Of a stretch of DNA of 64,000 nt, positions 1-13,238 are shown in pieces. The stretch's first letter is position 1; every line of letters begins with the position of its first letter. Made by a program: the position numbers and the translations under genes. Under the pieces are notes generated by a model. It ran no database searches, was not told where the DNA came from, and saw only the letters and a program-made list of their open reading frames with translations. The stretch lies in sequence record OR670491.1; one strand, given 5' to 3'.

Positions 1-2
1 AT

Positions 3-179
3 ACTGGTCAGAACATGACGCATGAAGAATGGATGAGAAAACAAAAGCTAACATGGAATCCTTATTGTTACCAGTTAGACCCAAGAATGTGGGATGTGAT
101 ACGTATTAAATGTATGTACAAATCATTTCTTGGTGATATAATGGATGTTGAAGTACTGATGAATTTAGTACATCGATAA
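3..179 (+). CDS. hypothetical protein, 5'-truncated by window edge
   Basis: Open frame from the window start (TGQNMTHEEW...LMNLVHR) to TAA at 177-179; not in the ORF track. Confidence 0.5.
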   Translation, partial: TGQNMTHEEWMRKQKLTWNPYCYQLDPRMWDVIRIKCMYKSFLGDIMDVEVLMNLVHR

Positions 180-209
180 TAAAAATCTTATTTAAATGGG
201 ATTGATATC

Positions 210-571
<362 letters not shown>

Positions 572-575
<4 letters not shown>

Positions 576-600
576 CTAAATAGTTCAGTACTGATAAAAT
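572..600 (+). promoter_or_regulatory. sigma-70-type early promoter
   Basis: TTGACT-17 bp-TAAAAT; spacer contains CAGTACTG; the -35 box and spacer are identical to the promoters at 1126 and 4106. Confidence 0.8.
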
Positions 601-741
601 GGTAAGGCGTGGAAATATGTTTACAGTAGTTACATAGTAGCCTGTACGCCCCACGTCAAGGTAGCCGAAAGGCAAGTTAAAAAGGGTGGTTATAAAGCTG
701 AATTAACAGCGGCGTTTAAAAGCGTCACCATCCATTTTTTT
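601..741 (+). ncRNA. candidate structured small RNA
   Basis: ORF-free, directly after a promoter, ends in a T-run; stems GGCGTGG/CCACGTC, GCC-GAAA-GGC and GGGTGGT/ACCATCC, the last enclosing two hairpins. Confidence 0.45.
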
Positions 742-757
742 AATTAAAGTTGGTGAT

Positions 758-1259
<502 letters not shown>

Positions 1260-1264
1260 AAATC

Positions 1265-1354
1265 GGTCCCGTTGCCTAGCGTCCGAAGGCAGCCGACTCA
1301 TAATCGGTCACAGTTAATGACACGCCACTGGTTAGAATCCAGTCGGGACCACCA
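1265..1354 (+). tRNA. atypical class II tRNA with CAU anticodon (Met or Ile2)
   Basis: Acceptor GGTCCCG/CGGGACC plus ACCA; anticodon arm GCCGA-CTCATAA-TCGGT; long variable arm; T loop TTAGAAT. Confidence 0.8.
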
Positions 1355-1358
1355 ATTA

Positions 1359-1431
1359 GACTCTGTAGTTCAGTTGGTAGAACGCTTCACTCATAATGAA
1401 GAAGTCGCTGGTTCAATCCCAGTACTGACCA
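1359..1431 (+). pseudogene. decayed tRNA (CAU)
   Basis: Intact D, anticodon (CTTCA-CTCATAA-TGAAG) and T arms, but the acceptor strands GACTCTG and ACTGACC do not pair. Confidence 0.7.
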
Positions 1432-1439
1432 CAAAAAAA

Positions 1440-3137
<1,698 letters not shown>

Positions 3138-3207
3138 AATATTCTCCTGAATTTTCTAAAAGTTATAATAATATTTAGTTACAATATTTATGATATAGAT
3201 TAAAAAG

Positions 3208-3236
3208 TTGAAATGTGTTCAAAAATGTGGTATAAT
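3208..3236 (+). promoter_or_regulatory. sigma-70-type promoter
   Basis: TTGAAA-17 bp-TATAAT with extended -10 TG. Confidence 0.65.
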
Positions 3237-3262
3237 ACCTCTGTTGTTCACGGAAAGATTAA

Positions 3263-3486
<224 letters not shown>

Positions 3487-3559
3487 CTTTTTAATTTAAA
3501 AGTACTTTACTGTAGTGTTTAGTATCGTATATTGTAATCAAAAGGATATAATAAAACTC

Positions 3560-4084
3560 ATGGAGAGAGTTGAAGAATGGCGTGATGTTGTTGGTTATGA
3601 AGACCATTTCCAAGTTAGTAACAAAGGTAGAATTTACAGCAAAAGAACAAATAAAATTTTAGTTCAAGGTACTAATAAAAAAGGTTATAAAGTATTAAGT
3701 ACTAGAATTGGTGGAAGAACTGGAGTATGTAAGTGTTTTAGGGTTCATATTTTAGTGGCTCAAGCATTTATATCAAATCCACATAATAAGCCCATTGTAA
3801 ACCATAAAGATGGCAATAAACAAAACAACGAAGACTGGAATTTAGAATGGTCTACATATAGTGAGAATACTAATCATGCTTATAAAAATGGTTTAACAAT
3901 ACCATTAAAAGGAACTGAACAAGTTCAATCCAAATTAACCGAAGATGATGTTAGATACATACGTTCAGTGTATAAACCATATGATAAAACATATGGTGCA
4001 TCTATGTTAGCAAAACAATTTGGTGTACATCATAGTTTAATATCGGATATAGCATCACATAAATCATGGAAGCATGTTAAGTAA
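3560..4084 (+). CDS. NUMOD4-HNH homing endonuclease
   Basis: NUMOD4 EEWRDVVGYEDHFQVSNKGRI and HNH RVHILVAQAF...VNHKDGNKQNNEDWNLEW; ATG at 3560 preferred over the track start at 3515. Confidence 0.9.
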   Translation: MERVEEWRDVVGYEDHFQVSNKGRIYSKRTNKILVQGTNKKGYKVLSTRIGGRTGVCKCFRVHILVAQAFISNPHNKPIVNHKDGNKQNNEDWNLEWSTYSENTNHAYKNGLTIPLKGTEQVQSKLTEDDVRYIRSVYKPYDKTYGASMLAKQFGVHHSLISDIASHKSWKHVK

Positions 4085-4103
4085 TAAAAAAACAGTACTG
4101 AAC

Positions 4104-4135
<32 letters not shown>

Positions 4136-4146
4136 CAAACATATTC

Positions 4147-4222
4147 GGCCCTGTATACAATCCAGGAATGTACTCTGCTCATAACAGATGTAAGGTCGGG
4201 GCAGCACCGACCAGGGCCACCA
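4147..4222 (+). tRNA. tRNA (CAU; Met or Ile2) with non-canonical T loop
   Basis: Perfect acceptor GGCCCTG/CAGGGCC plus ACCA; anticodon loop CTCATAA; T arm GTCGG-GGCAGCA-CCGAC. Confidence 0.7.
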
Positions 4223-4382
4223 ATTTTGGACACATTAATCTTCGATGGTAATGCTGGTTAATATCTTACGGCTGTAAAATGCAATACATTACATATTGCT
4301 TCAGGTACAGAGATATAAAGATTAATTAATAAGGTATCCTTATTTTGTCCAATCCTTAATAACTAGAAATGGTGGGAAAGAA

Positions 4383-5128
4383 ATGAAAGGTGTTTCAATT
4401 TTTTACGATTACCATGAACAAGGTTTACCACATCAGATTGCTGGAATCTATTCTACGTCTGATAAAACCGAAGAAGAGATGCGTACTGAATTATTGTCGC
4501 TAATTGGTGAGAGAAGTTTCCATGAACGTGATCAACCAATTTTCATTAACCACACACATTTGTATGCAAAAAGTTTGCTAGGTGAAGAACTTGATAAAAA
4601 GGTGGAATACACTTTGAAACAGTTCTTCCCAATCGCACTTGATGTAGTTGGTTTCAAATCATCGGATTTCAAGTTCATGTACTATGATGTTGAAGCATAT
4701 GAGTTCGCTTGGAACAATCGTTATCATAAACAATTACACCAATATCGTTTAGAACTTCAACATGAAGCGGCTGAAGCATATAAAGCAAAACGAGCAGCAC
4801 AGAAGCTTGAAGGTAACGTACAGAAATGATAGAATCTATCTTATGTGTACTGTTGCCAATTTTAGTAGTTGCTTTGATATGTCTTTATTATGGTTACAGT
4901 ACTGTAATTGATAAAAAGCAAGTTTACGTCATTACATTCAGTACTACACATATTGAGTTTGGTAATGTACATACCGGTATCACTTATATTGCATATCGTT
5001 GTAAGTACTTCCATAAGTTCAAATCTTATGATATGATCTATTACTGTGATGAATCCAACGTGAACCGTTATATTGACATAAACGATGAATCAAAAAAATC
5101 GTTTTACAGTTTTAAAGAATTAAAATAA
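4383..5128 (+). other. two hypothetical CDS (4383-4829; 4826-5128 with N-terminal TM)
   Basis: ORF track, ATGA overlap, phage-like codon usage. Confidence 0.7.
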
Positions 5129-5139
5129 ATGTAGACGGA

Positions 5140-5360
<221 letters not shown>

Positions 5361-5468
5361 AATATTGTTGCAACAGTATTCAGTACTACTTTTTAATTGA
5401 CACAACTTTGAATGAGGTGTATTATGTTCCAAGAAGAAAACTGGGGTTTTTAACATAAAGGGGAATGT

Positions 5469-5576
5469 ATGAAAGTGAGTAAAGAAACGGCTAAACAGCT
5501 TGAAGAACTTTGTTCAGCACAACCTATGCCTACACTTGCTTTAATCAAGTTAATGCGTCGAAATAAGCAAAAATAA
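5469..5576 (+). CDS. 35-aa basic microprotein
   Basis: MKVSKETAKQLEELCSAQPMPTLALIKLMRRNKQK with AAGGGG upstream; promoter TTGACA-17-TATTAT at 5397-5425. Confidence 0.5.
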   Translation: MKVSKETAKQLEELCSAQPMPTLALIKLMRRNKQK

Positions 5577-5659
5577 AAATGATAAATAATACAGTAAGAT
5601 GACCTCCCCTCAATACGAAAGAGTATGGAGACTTGTTGGTTATCTTACTTCTTAAATTA

Positions 5660-5732
5660 GCCTTCTTAACTCAGTTGGTAGAGTAATCGCCTTGTAAGCG
5701 ATAAGTCATCCGTTCAAGTCGGATAGAGGGCA
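5660..5732 (+). tRNA. tRNA-Thr (UGU) copy 1
   Basis: Canonical cloverleaf, ATCGC-CTTGTAA-GCGAT; no encoded CCA. Confidence 0.9.
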
Positions 5733-5734
5733 CA

Positions 5735-5816
<82 letters not shown>

Positions 5817-5828
5817 TAAAGGTGAACA

Positions 5829-6260
5829 ATGAAAATGAACATTGTAAAATTTGTTGATTATGTATTACAAAACGAAACATGGTCACTACACGATGTACAA
5901 GTAGAAGACGTTGGTGAAGTGCGTGTTTTTTGCTATGATCCAGAATTGAATGAAATCACTGATTTGAGTAAATGTTTTAATATTTTTATGGCTTATGAAC
6001 TCAATAAGAAGTTTTATTCAATTGATATGTATTTGAACACTGTTACATTTAGAATTTCTGAATATGATAATTTTAATGAAGATTATTATATTGATGAAAG
6101 CATTGAATTTAATGTAGATGATATAGACACTGAAGAAAAATTCTTTCAGTACTCTCTTGTTAATGACACATTGGGCTTGACATTTGATGACGTTAAAGCT
6201 ATACTTAAAGTTCAGAAATTGATTCCTGAAGATGTCCAAAATCCCTTACGTGAAGAATAA
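5829..6260 (+). CDS. hypothetical protein, FQxS-motif family
   Basis: TEEKFFQYSLVND motif. Confidence 0.8.
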   Translation: MKMNIVKFVDYVLQNETWSLHDVQVEDVGEVRVFCYDPELNEITDLSKCFNIFMAYELNKKFYSIDMYLNTVTFRISEYDNFNEDYYIDESIEFNVDDIDTEEKFFQYSLVNDTLGLTFDDVKAILKVQKLIPEDVQNPLREE

Positions 6261-6273
6261 TCTGGAGATATAA

Positions 6274-6468
6274 ATGTTTTTGAATTTACTAACTGTGTTT
6301 GGACGTACCTTACTATTAGCAGTAATTCATACACCTGGTATCACGAAGTTAGTTTCTTATAAGTTCAAAGAAGATTTACATAATGGTACTGAAAAGTATC
6401 TTCGTAAATTGAATAAAGATTTAGGTGTTAAAGAAACAACACCATTCAAGAAGTATAGTGACGATTAA
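6274..6468 (+). CDS. hypothetical protein
   Basis: 64 aa, GGAG RBS. Confidence 0.6.
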   Translation: MFLNLLTVFGRTLLLAVIHTPGITKLVSYKFKEDLHNGTEKYLRKLNKDLGVKETTPFKKYSDD

Positions 6469-6507
6469 AATATATTACCGAATAATTCAGTACTGGATAT
6501 GCTGTAC

Positions 6508-6636
6508 TGATAGCTTCTAGCCAGTACTGGATTCCTCCTTTTTCACTAGAAGCTGTCACTTATTCATACGTTTGTTACCCTCATAGCACTCGTTGTTTCA
6601 AAAGGTATCTTATTACCCCCCTCTCGTAAGATACTT
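6508..6636 (+). ncRNA. candidate sRNA with C-rich loops
   Basis: 13-bp stem 6508-6520/6546-6558 with loop containing TTCCTCCTTT; 10-bp stem 6603-6612/6627-6636 with loop TTACCCCCCTCTCG. Confidence 0.4.
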
Positions 6637-6678
6637 GAATTTAGTAGTTGACTTTTCAACTTCTTATATGTTATACTT

Positions 6679-6713
6679 AGGCTGAATCAAATGATTCGGC
6701 CTTTTTCTTTTTT
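6679..6713 (+). terminator. intrinsic terminator overlapping the start site of a promoter
   Basis: AGGCTGAATC-AAAT-GATTCGGCCT plus T tract; promoter TTGACT(6648)-18-TATACT(6672) lies just upstream. Confidence 0.7.
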
Positions 6714-6726
6714 AGGAGTGCTTTTA

Positions 6727-9267
6727 ATGAATTTCAGTACTACAAAAGAAGCGATAGCACATGCAACAGTTTCTATGTGTAAAGCCATTGCAGATGGAAA
6801 TTTTAACAAGGATATATACTACCAATTAAACGAACAACAAGTTGATATTAATTGTTATAATGAAAACGGTATGTGTACTTCATACGATAAAGCCAGTAAT
6901 ATCTTCTTTATGATCCGAGAGTTACCAAATGAACAATTATGTAAGTTCTATGCTGAAATTGATATGTATAAGAACTATATTAATTTCCAATTCTTGGATA
7001 TAGATCTATTTCGATTGGATATCACTTCTGATATGTTAAACCTAACAGAAGAAATGTTTTTCCAAATGAGCTTAGTTTACGATTTTAAGTACTTCGAATA
7101 TGAAACATTACGTAAGATATTTCAAGTAGCGGGGACTCTACATGAATAATAAGATTCTCAAGAAAATTTTAGATAGGACTGATATCTTCATTAAAGGTAG
7201 TGATGAAAATTACAACGTTCTGCATGATGGTGATATCGATACGCACATCTCATCTTATCTAAACAACTACCGTTGTAGTGTAAGTTATTGTAATAATATA
7301 GTTTTCGTAACAACATCTGAAACATTAGGATCGATTGGTTGGATTGACATTTTGGAGGATGGATTCACTTATGAAAATGAAGTCCTGGATTATACACTTG
7401 AATTCTACGACATTCAGGACTATAATTTAACAGAAGATGTGTACTTCCAGTTGAGTACTATCTATGATTTTGATATCATCGAATTTGAAGATTTGAAGAG
7501 AATCTTTAAGATTTGTGATTTTTTAAAAGGGAACCGAAATGAATCGACAATCGTTGCCTAAAGAGCATGAGGACAACATCCTAAAGCGTTTGGATGAGAT
7601 CACCAACACCCCATTAAGTGTTCTGGAAGCGAACTACGATGCCAAATTCAAGCAGTTCTTGTTCAACAATAGTGAATGGTGGTACAGTACTCCAGAATTG
7701 GTTTGTGCTGTTAATGTGGGCGTAGGTGAGTATGAGTATGCTATTCACTATAACCAGAAGAACATAAGCATCATTGTTGATGAAATTGCAGAGTCTGATA
7801 AATGGCGTGATGATAACAGTATCTTAAGTATGGCTTTGAATTACAAAAATGATTCTGAATACTTTCAAGATAGTACTATCAAAGAGATTGAAGTATCTTA
7901 TAATGTAATAGAAAAGATGCGTGAATTTTGTTTGTACATACTAAAAGTGACAGAGGATCTCCAATGCAAGCATCCGAGATGAGAAAACTGATTGAGAAAG
8001 AACATGGTAGTGTTGAGAATTTGGCTACAAAGATCATTGAAAGCCTTAAATTTGATGAATACCATAAGAGACTTGCACACAATGTTATTGGTGTTTCAAA
8101 AAGAGCCACCATTCTATATTTTCCTCGTTTACAAGAATATAACTTAGAATCAAACACAGATGGAACATTCTTTCAGGTGTACCGAAAAGAAGGTGAAGAC
8201 CGTGTAAGAATGTCATTACAACTTCCCGCCTCTTACACATACAGAGTTAATGATATTGAAGAGTCATGCAAGACTGAAGAAGAATTCTTTCAGGTTAGTT
8301 TGTTTCATGACTTGATCTTTTCTTATGAGTTCTTTAAAGAAGTCGAGTACTTGTTTAACTTGGCTGCCGAAAAACTGAAAAAAGATATGGAAAATTGAGA
8401 TGTTTTGTCTAACTGATGATATAATTAAAGAAGTTGTAGATATACTGAATAACCCTGGTACATTCACTAAATCCACTGAGTTGATTACTGAATTTCGTGA
8501 TGGGTGCTCTTATTACACAAACAATAACAGTACATGCGTGAGTCTTAACCTATCGGATGGGACTGGGGCGTTAATGCACCGTTACAGTACTCCGTTAGAT
8601 GGTGTACAATTTTCTTTTTCATTGATTGATAAAGAGTACAGTCTATTCTGTGATGATTATGAGAGTCTCAATGACCTGTATCTTGATTCTAAAATGTACT
8701 TCTCCGAAGAAGAACACTTCATGGATAGTACAGTTGAAAATCTAACAATTCCTTACACTATTATGGAAGAATTCAATACATTTTGCAGGAACTACGCAAA
8801 TGCATGACTTATATGAAGATATTAATGATGTTATTGATGTAGCATTATGGACTGTTTTCGAATACAGAACAGAAAACAAACACTGGTCTAATTGGTATAC
8901 TAATGATAACCAAAAACTACTGCTAGGTCATGGTAATACCGTTGAGTGTCTTGCATTCACTCGTCATGGGGCAAGTGATGATATAAGGGATTGTTTTAAT
9001 ATACAAATATCACTACTTGGACAAGGTGTGTTGTATAAGATTGATGTTTATCATGATCGTTTATTTGTAGTGTCTGGTAGTGCTACCCGCATTGTATTAG
9101 GTTATGACATGAACCCAAGTGAAGCGGATTTGTTTATTGGTGATTTCGATAAAGACATTGATTGTGCAAGATACTTTCAATTAAGTACTTTGTATAGTTT
9201 ATGTAATATTAGTCATCGTGGATTAAAGAAGTTACAAAGTATTGCACGAAATTTAAATTCTGAATAA
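6727..9267 (+). other. tandem cluster of six FQxS-motif family CDS
   Basis: 6727-7149 (TEEMFFQMSLVYD), 7142-7561 (TEDVYFQLSTIYD), 7539-7982 (DSEYFQDSTIKE), 7964-8398 (TEEEFFQVSLFHD), 8400-8807 (SEEEHFMDSTVEN), 8800-9267 (CARYFQLSTLYS). Confidence 0.8.
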
Positions 9268-9279
9268 CAGGAGAATATT

Positions 9280-11927
9280 ATGAGTTTTAATGGTAACATT
9301 GCAAAAGTACTTATTGTGTTTGAAAACTGTGAGTCCTTTTATGTTGAACAAAAAGACATTCTATGGATGCACATTGGTGATATTAAAACTAAAGTGTTTC
9401 GCTATTCTAATGTACTTAGTATCGAAAATGTAGCTGGACAGTTTGGAATTGCACTACGCAAAGAAATTGAAACCGAATTTTGGGGAAATCAAACATTACT
9501 TAATCGTTTGGATATGCGTGATGTTACGAACATTACTCTATATGACGTTAACAATGAGAGCGTCTCTTATGTTGTTGAGTGGGCTGATTATAGCGATCAA
9601 CAAACGTCAATCAATCAACGTACTTTCGTGACACCCGATGGCAATGTTGTATTCGTCAGTACTACATCTGCTTTAGTGGATGTTGATGTTGAACGTATTG
9701 ATTTCAACGCTCAGTACATGTCTTGACAACAGTATGTGCACGCTGTATAATGTGCACATATTAACTTAATGGGTATTTAAAAATGAGTACAGTAAAAATC
9801 AATGTACACTTTCTTGATTCATGGAAAGATGTTTGTACTGGTGTTAGTGAAGTAGAATACAGTACTGAAACTATCCACGCGGAAGATAAATGGCAAGCTG
9901 AATCACAGTTAGAAAAACTAAAAGAAACAGTAGGAACATCAGTTTCTGCTGGAACTGAGCATACACGTAAAATCATTGGTATTGATGAAATTGCACAGGT
10001 TCAGGTATTCTTGACGAACGAACAAATGATGAAGTTCATTCTTGACAACAATGTGGAACTTGCATTGGATGGTTCAGTATGGCAGAAAACTGACGGTACA
10101 AAAGTACGAGTGAAGTACCGTGTTACCATCAATGGAACTGCTATGTGTGGCATGGATTTGGAAGATGCAATCAATTACTACGTAAACAACATAAGAGGAA
10201 AAAAATGCTAACAGTTATATTGTGTACCTTGATGTGTTGTGTTACAATTATCATATGCCGATTGATCAATAACGCCTCTTTGGAAAAAGCATTTGAGCAT
10301 GAGAGAAATCTTAAAGAGTTGGAGAACCCATCACCAATTAAGAAACAAAAGTCTCCATATTCATTACGTAGGGTGTTGCATTCCAAATCAAAAAAATGGG
10401 GATATTGTCTTTTGGAGGGTGGTGGCATCTACACATCAGTTGATGGATACTACGAAGTGAATTATGATATCAAAGAAGCAATTGAGCTTTTGTGGACTAT
10501 GGAGGATTTAGGTAATTATGAGCGTACTAAGTTTGAATTCTTACAAGATGATCCAGGAACTTCATGAAAAACATGCTATAATTGTAGATGTAGAAAAGCA
10601 GGAAGTTGTGATGAAGAAGAAAGCCTATCAGATTCTGGATAACTTCCGCTCTAAAGCATTCATCATGAAGTTGTGTGCTGACGAGCATTTAGTAGGAAGA
10701 TTTTTATACAAGGAGTAACACAACATGAACATGAGTAAAACTATTCAGTACTTGAGTTCAAATTTCAGCAAAATTATCACCAGAGGTGGAATGATTGTCC
10801 ACCCTGAAACTGATGAAATGTATATTGTCCGTTTCGATGCAAGTTCTTATGATCAAGTACTTGTGGTTTCTAAGATGGTAGGGTATAATGAAGTTATTCA
10901 ATTCTGTTGTACAGAATTTGGAATCTACATTAAAGATTCGGATACTAACACAATTTCACATTATTTTTATCACACGTTGATGGGTACTAAAGACTTTGGT
11001 CTTAAATTCGATGATTTAGTACAATGTCACTATATGTTCAAAACCTACCCAGCATCTGGGAACTAAGGAGTTACAAATATGTCTAACATTTTCTTCAAAT
11101 CCGTTTCTTTCAATAAAGCTGCTTACTCTTACTCTTATGTAGAAGGACGAGTACTGAACATTGTTGTTGATGGTGTACCACTATCTGTCCATTTTCAATC
11201 AAACGCTGAAGCCATTGACGGACTAAAAGAACTTACTGACCTTTTGAATGGCGAACGTGCGACCAATCAAGACACAGTGAAAACAAATCCACTTGACGAC
11301 CTCGTTAACAAAATGAAAAGTGGTAAAGTACTGAATATCTTGAACGAATGTAATGAAAAACTAAGCGGTGTTCTGGAACGTACAAAAGACACTGTAAGTG
11401 ATAAAGTAAGTGACGCAGCTTACCGTCACATTACCAGTGCAATTGAAGAACGTGCACGTCAACTATTCACTGACGTTGAAGACCGTCTTAAAGATTTAAA
11501 AGATAATCTACCTGATATTGAAGACGTTCTTAACCAGGCATTTAGCACTGAAGAACAACCAAAACAAGAACAAGAACAACCTAAACCAAAACCAACTGTT
11601 AAGACTAAACGTAGCTTCGGTACAGTTGAAGATGTATTTGGTTTTGAAGTAACTTCAACTAAAGAAGTTAAGAAAGAAGCAGTGGATACTTCTGAAGTTC
11701 TAATTGGTGATATGCGTCCATCTGAACTACGTGCAGCAATCGATGTATTTGTAAATGATATTACCAGTACTGAACGTGCACAATCCATGTTCAATAGTAT
11801 CATTTCTAACTTCGATAAAGAAACTGCCGATGAAGCGATGCAAGCATTCAAAGAACTAATCTACAATGTTGCAATCCAACATGAAGATAAAACACTAGAA
11901 CAAGTTCTACGTGAAAACTTCCAATAA
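9280..11927 (+). other. six hypothetical CDS
   Basis: 9280-9726, 9783-10211, 10205-10567 (N-terminal TM), 10548-10718, 10725-11066, 11079-11927 (helical, acidic); promoter TTGACA...TATAAT at about 9723-9751. Confidence 0.7.
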
Positions 11928-11936
11928 TTGAAAAAG

Positions 11937-11962
11937 AAAAAGCCTCCATATGGAGGCTTTTT
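11937..11962. terminator. bidirectional intrinsic terminator
   Basis: AAAAGCCTCC-ATAT-GGAGGCTTTTT between convergent genes. Confidence 0.85.
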
Positions 11963-11964
11963 TA

Positions 11965-13122
11965 TTATGCAGTATAACCAACAATGACGATGGATGAATC
12001 AAACGGCTCTACAGATCGTACTGTAACGTTGTCATCAGCATCTAGTTCAATCTCACATAGTACTGTATGATTCATATCATCATATACTTGTACTTGTGGA
12101 TATAACTTACCATGTGTTGCTTTAGGTATACTTAGTGTATACATCATTTCAGAATCAACTACCCAATCACTTGAAAGTATTTCATCGAAGTAAGGTGTAG
12201 TCTGGATTGTTTTACCAATTACGCTCAAAGAGATTGGTTCATTATCACTTTGATATACAGTGATATTACCACTTGCATCTACATTGATATCAACACCAAT
12301 GAGAAAATCATTTGCGTTGTAAGCTTGTAGTACTAGATGATCGCCACGGTCATGCACGACTTCAGGTAGGACCGCTTTATATAGCCCATCACTTACGAAA
12401 TCAAACTGTGCCAGTGCGATGTTCGTCACAAATCCAATATCCTCACCTGATTCCAACACGTCAAACTCAACTGTTTTAGTATTGTATATATCGGAAGTAA
12501 GTATTACAGTTCCCTTACCTTGTTGTGTAATAGCATCAACAGGAATGCTAAACACGTCATCGATAATTTCAGTAGTAAAGTATTCAGTACCGTCAGGTAG
12601 GATTACTGTGATTTTCATACCAGTAGTATCAATCACTTCACCTGCGTTAAACAAGCGACCACCAACCAAATCGTCACCAACAAACACTGGGAACATAATG
12701 ATGTTATCAATGTCATGGTCTACAATCCCACATTCAGGGACGTACATATCATATAGAGTGGTTGAGCTACCTAGAATTGTTTTATGTAAGAGGAACTTAT
12801 AAACGAACCCGTTTGGATCAGTACTAAGATTTTGTTCAGTATGGCCTCGAATGAAGAAAGAGTTTTTCTTAATTTCACTGAGTAGTTGATCATTGGTTTT
12901 ATTGTAGTTAAGCTGATACCCATTCGTATCAGTTGTTGTTAGTTGTACTTTGCGATAGATAACGTTAGTTTTTGGATCTAGAATATCGTATAGTCTGTGG
13001 CTTCGTTGACGATAGATTCTCATGTTCTTGAGCTTCGTACCATCTTGTAAATACACACCATCAACAATATACCCACATTCACCAAACTTATAACGTCCAG
13101 CAGCAGCAATTGACCTTGACAT
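11965..13122 (-). CDS. putative late/structural protein with two C-terminal beta-rich repeats
   Basis: Start at ATG 13122 (MSRSIAAAG) with GGAGGGAG RBS and TAAATA-CGT-TATAAT upstream; duplicated H...QxY(N/D)....(I/L)..D..(G/D)N(I/V)TV domain. Confidence 0.55.
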   Translation of the reverse strand: MSRSIAAAGRYKFGECGYIVDGVYLQDGTKLKNMRIYRQRSHRLYDILDPKTNVIYRKVQLTTTDTNGYQLNYNKTNDQLLSEIKKNSFFIRGHTEQNLSTDPNGFVYKFLLHKTILGSSTTLYDMYVPECGIVDHDIDNIIMFPVFVGDDLVGGRLFNAGEVIDTTGMKITVILPDGTEYFTTEIIDDVFSIPVDAITQQGKGTVILTSDIYNTKTVEFDVLESGEDIGFVTNIALAQFDFVSDGLYKAVLPEVVHDRGDHLVLQAYNANDFLIGVDINVDASGNITVYQSDNEPISLSVIGKTIQTTPYFDEILSSDWVVDSEMMYTLSIPKATHGKLYPQVQVYDDMNHTVLCEIELDADDNVTVRSVEPFDSSIVIVGYTA

Positions 13123-13238
13123 TACTCCCTCCATTGGTATAATAATTATAACGTATTTATTCCAGTTCATAAAAAATAGCACTTGACCACTAGTGATATT
13201 TGTTGTATTATTACGTGGAATATTGATAAGGGGATACC

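Noticed and set aside
4227-4320. Possible tRNA-Tyr remnant (GGCTGTAAA)
   Set aside because: Only an anticodon-loop-like word; no pairing stems or T arm.
5424-5453. 9-aa ORF MFQEENWGF with GAGG upstream
   Set aside because: Overlaps a promoter -10 box; too short to support without ribosome profiling.
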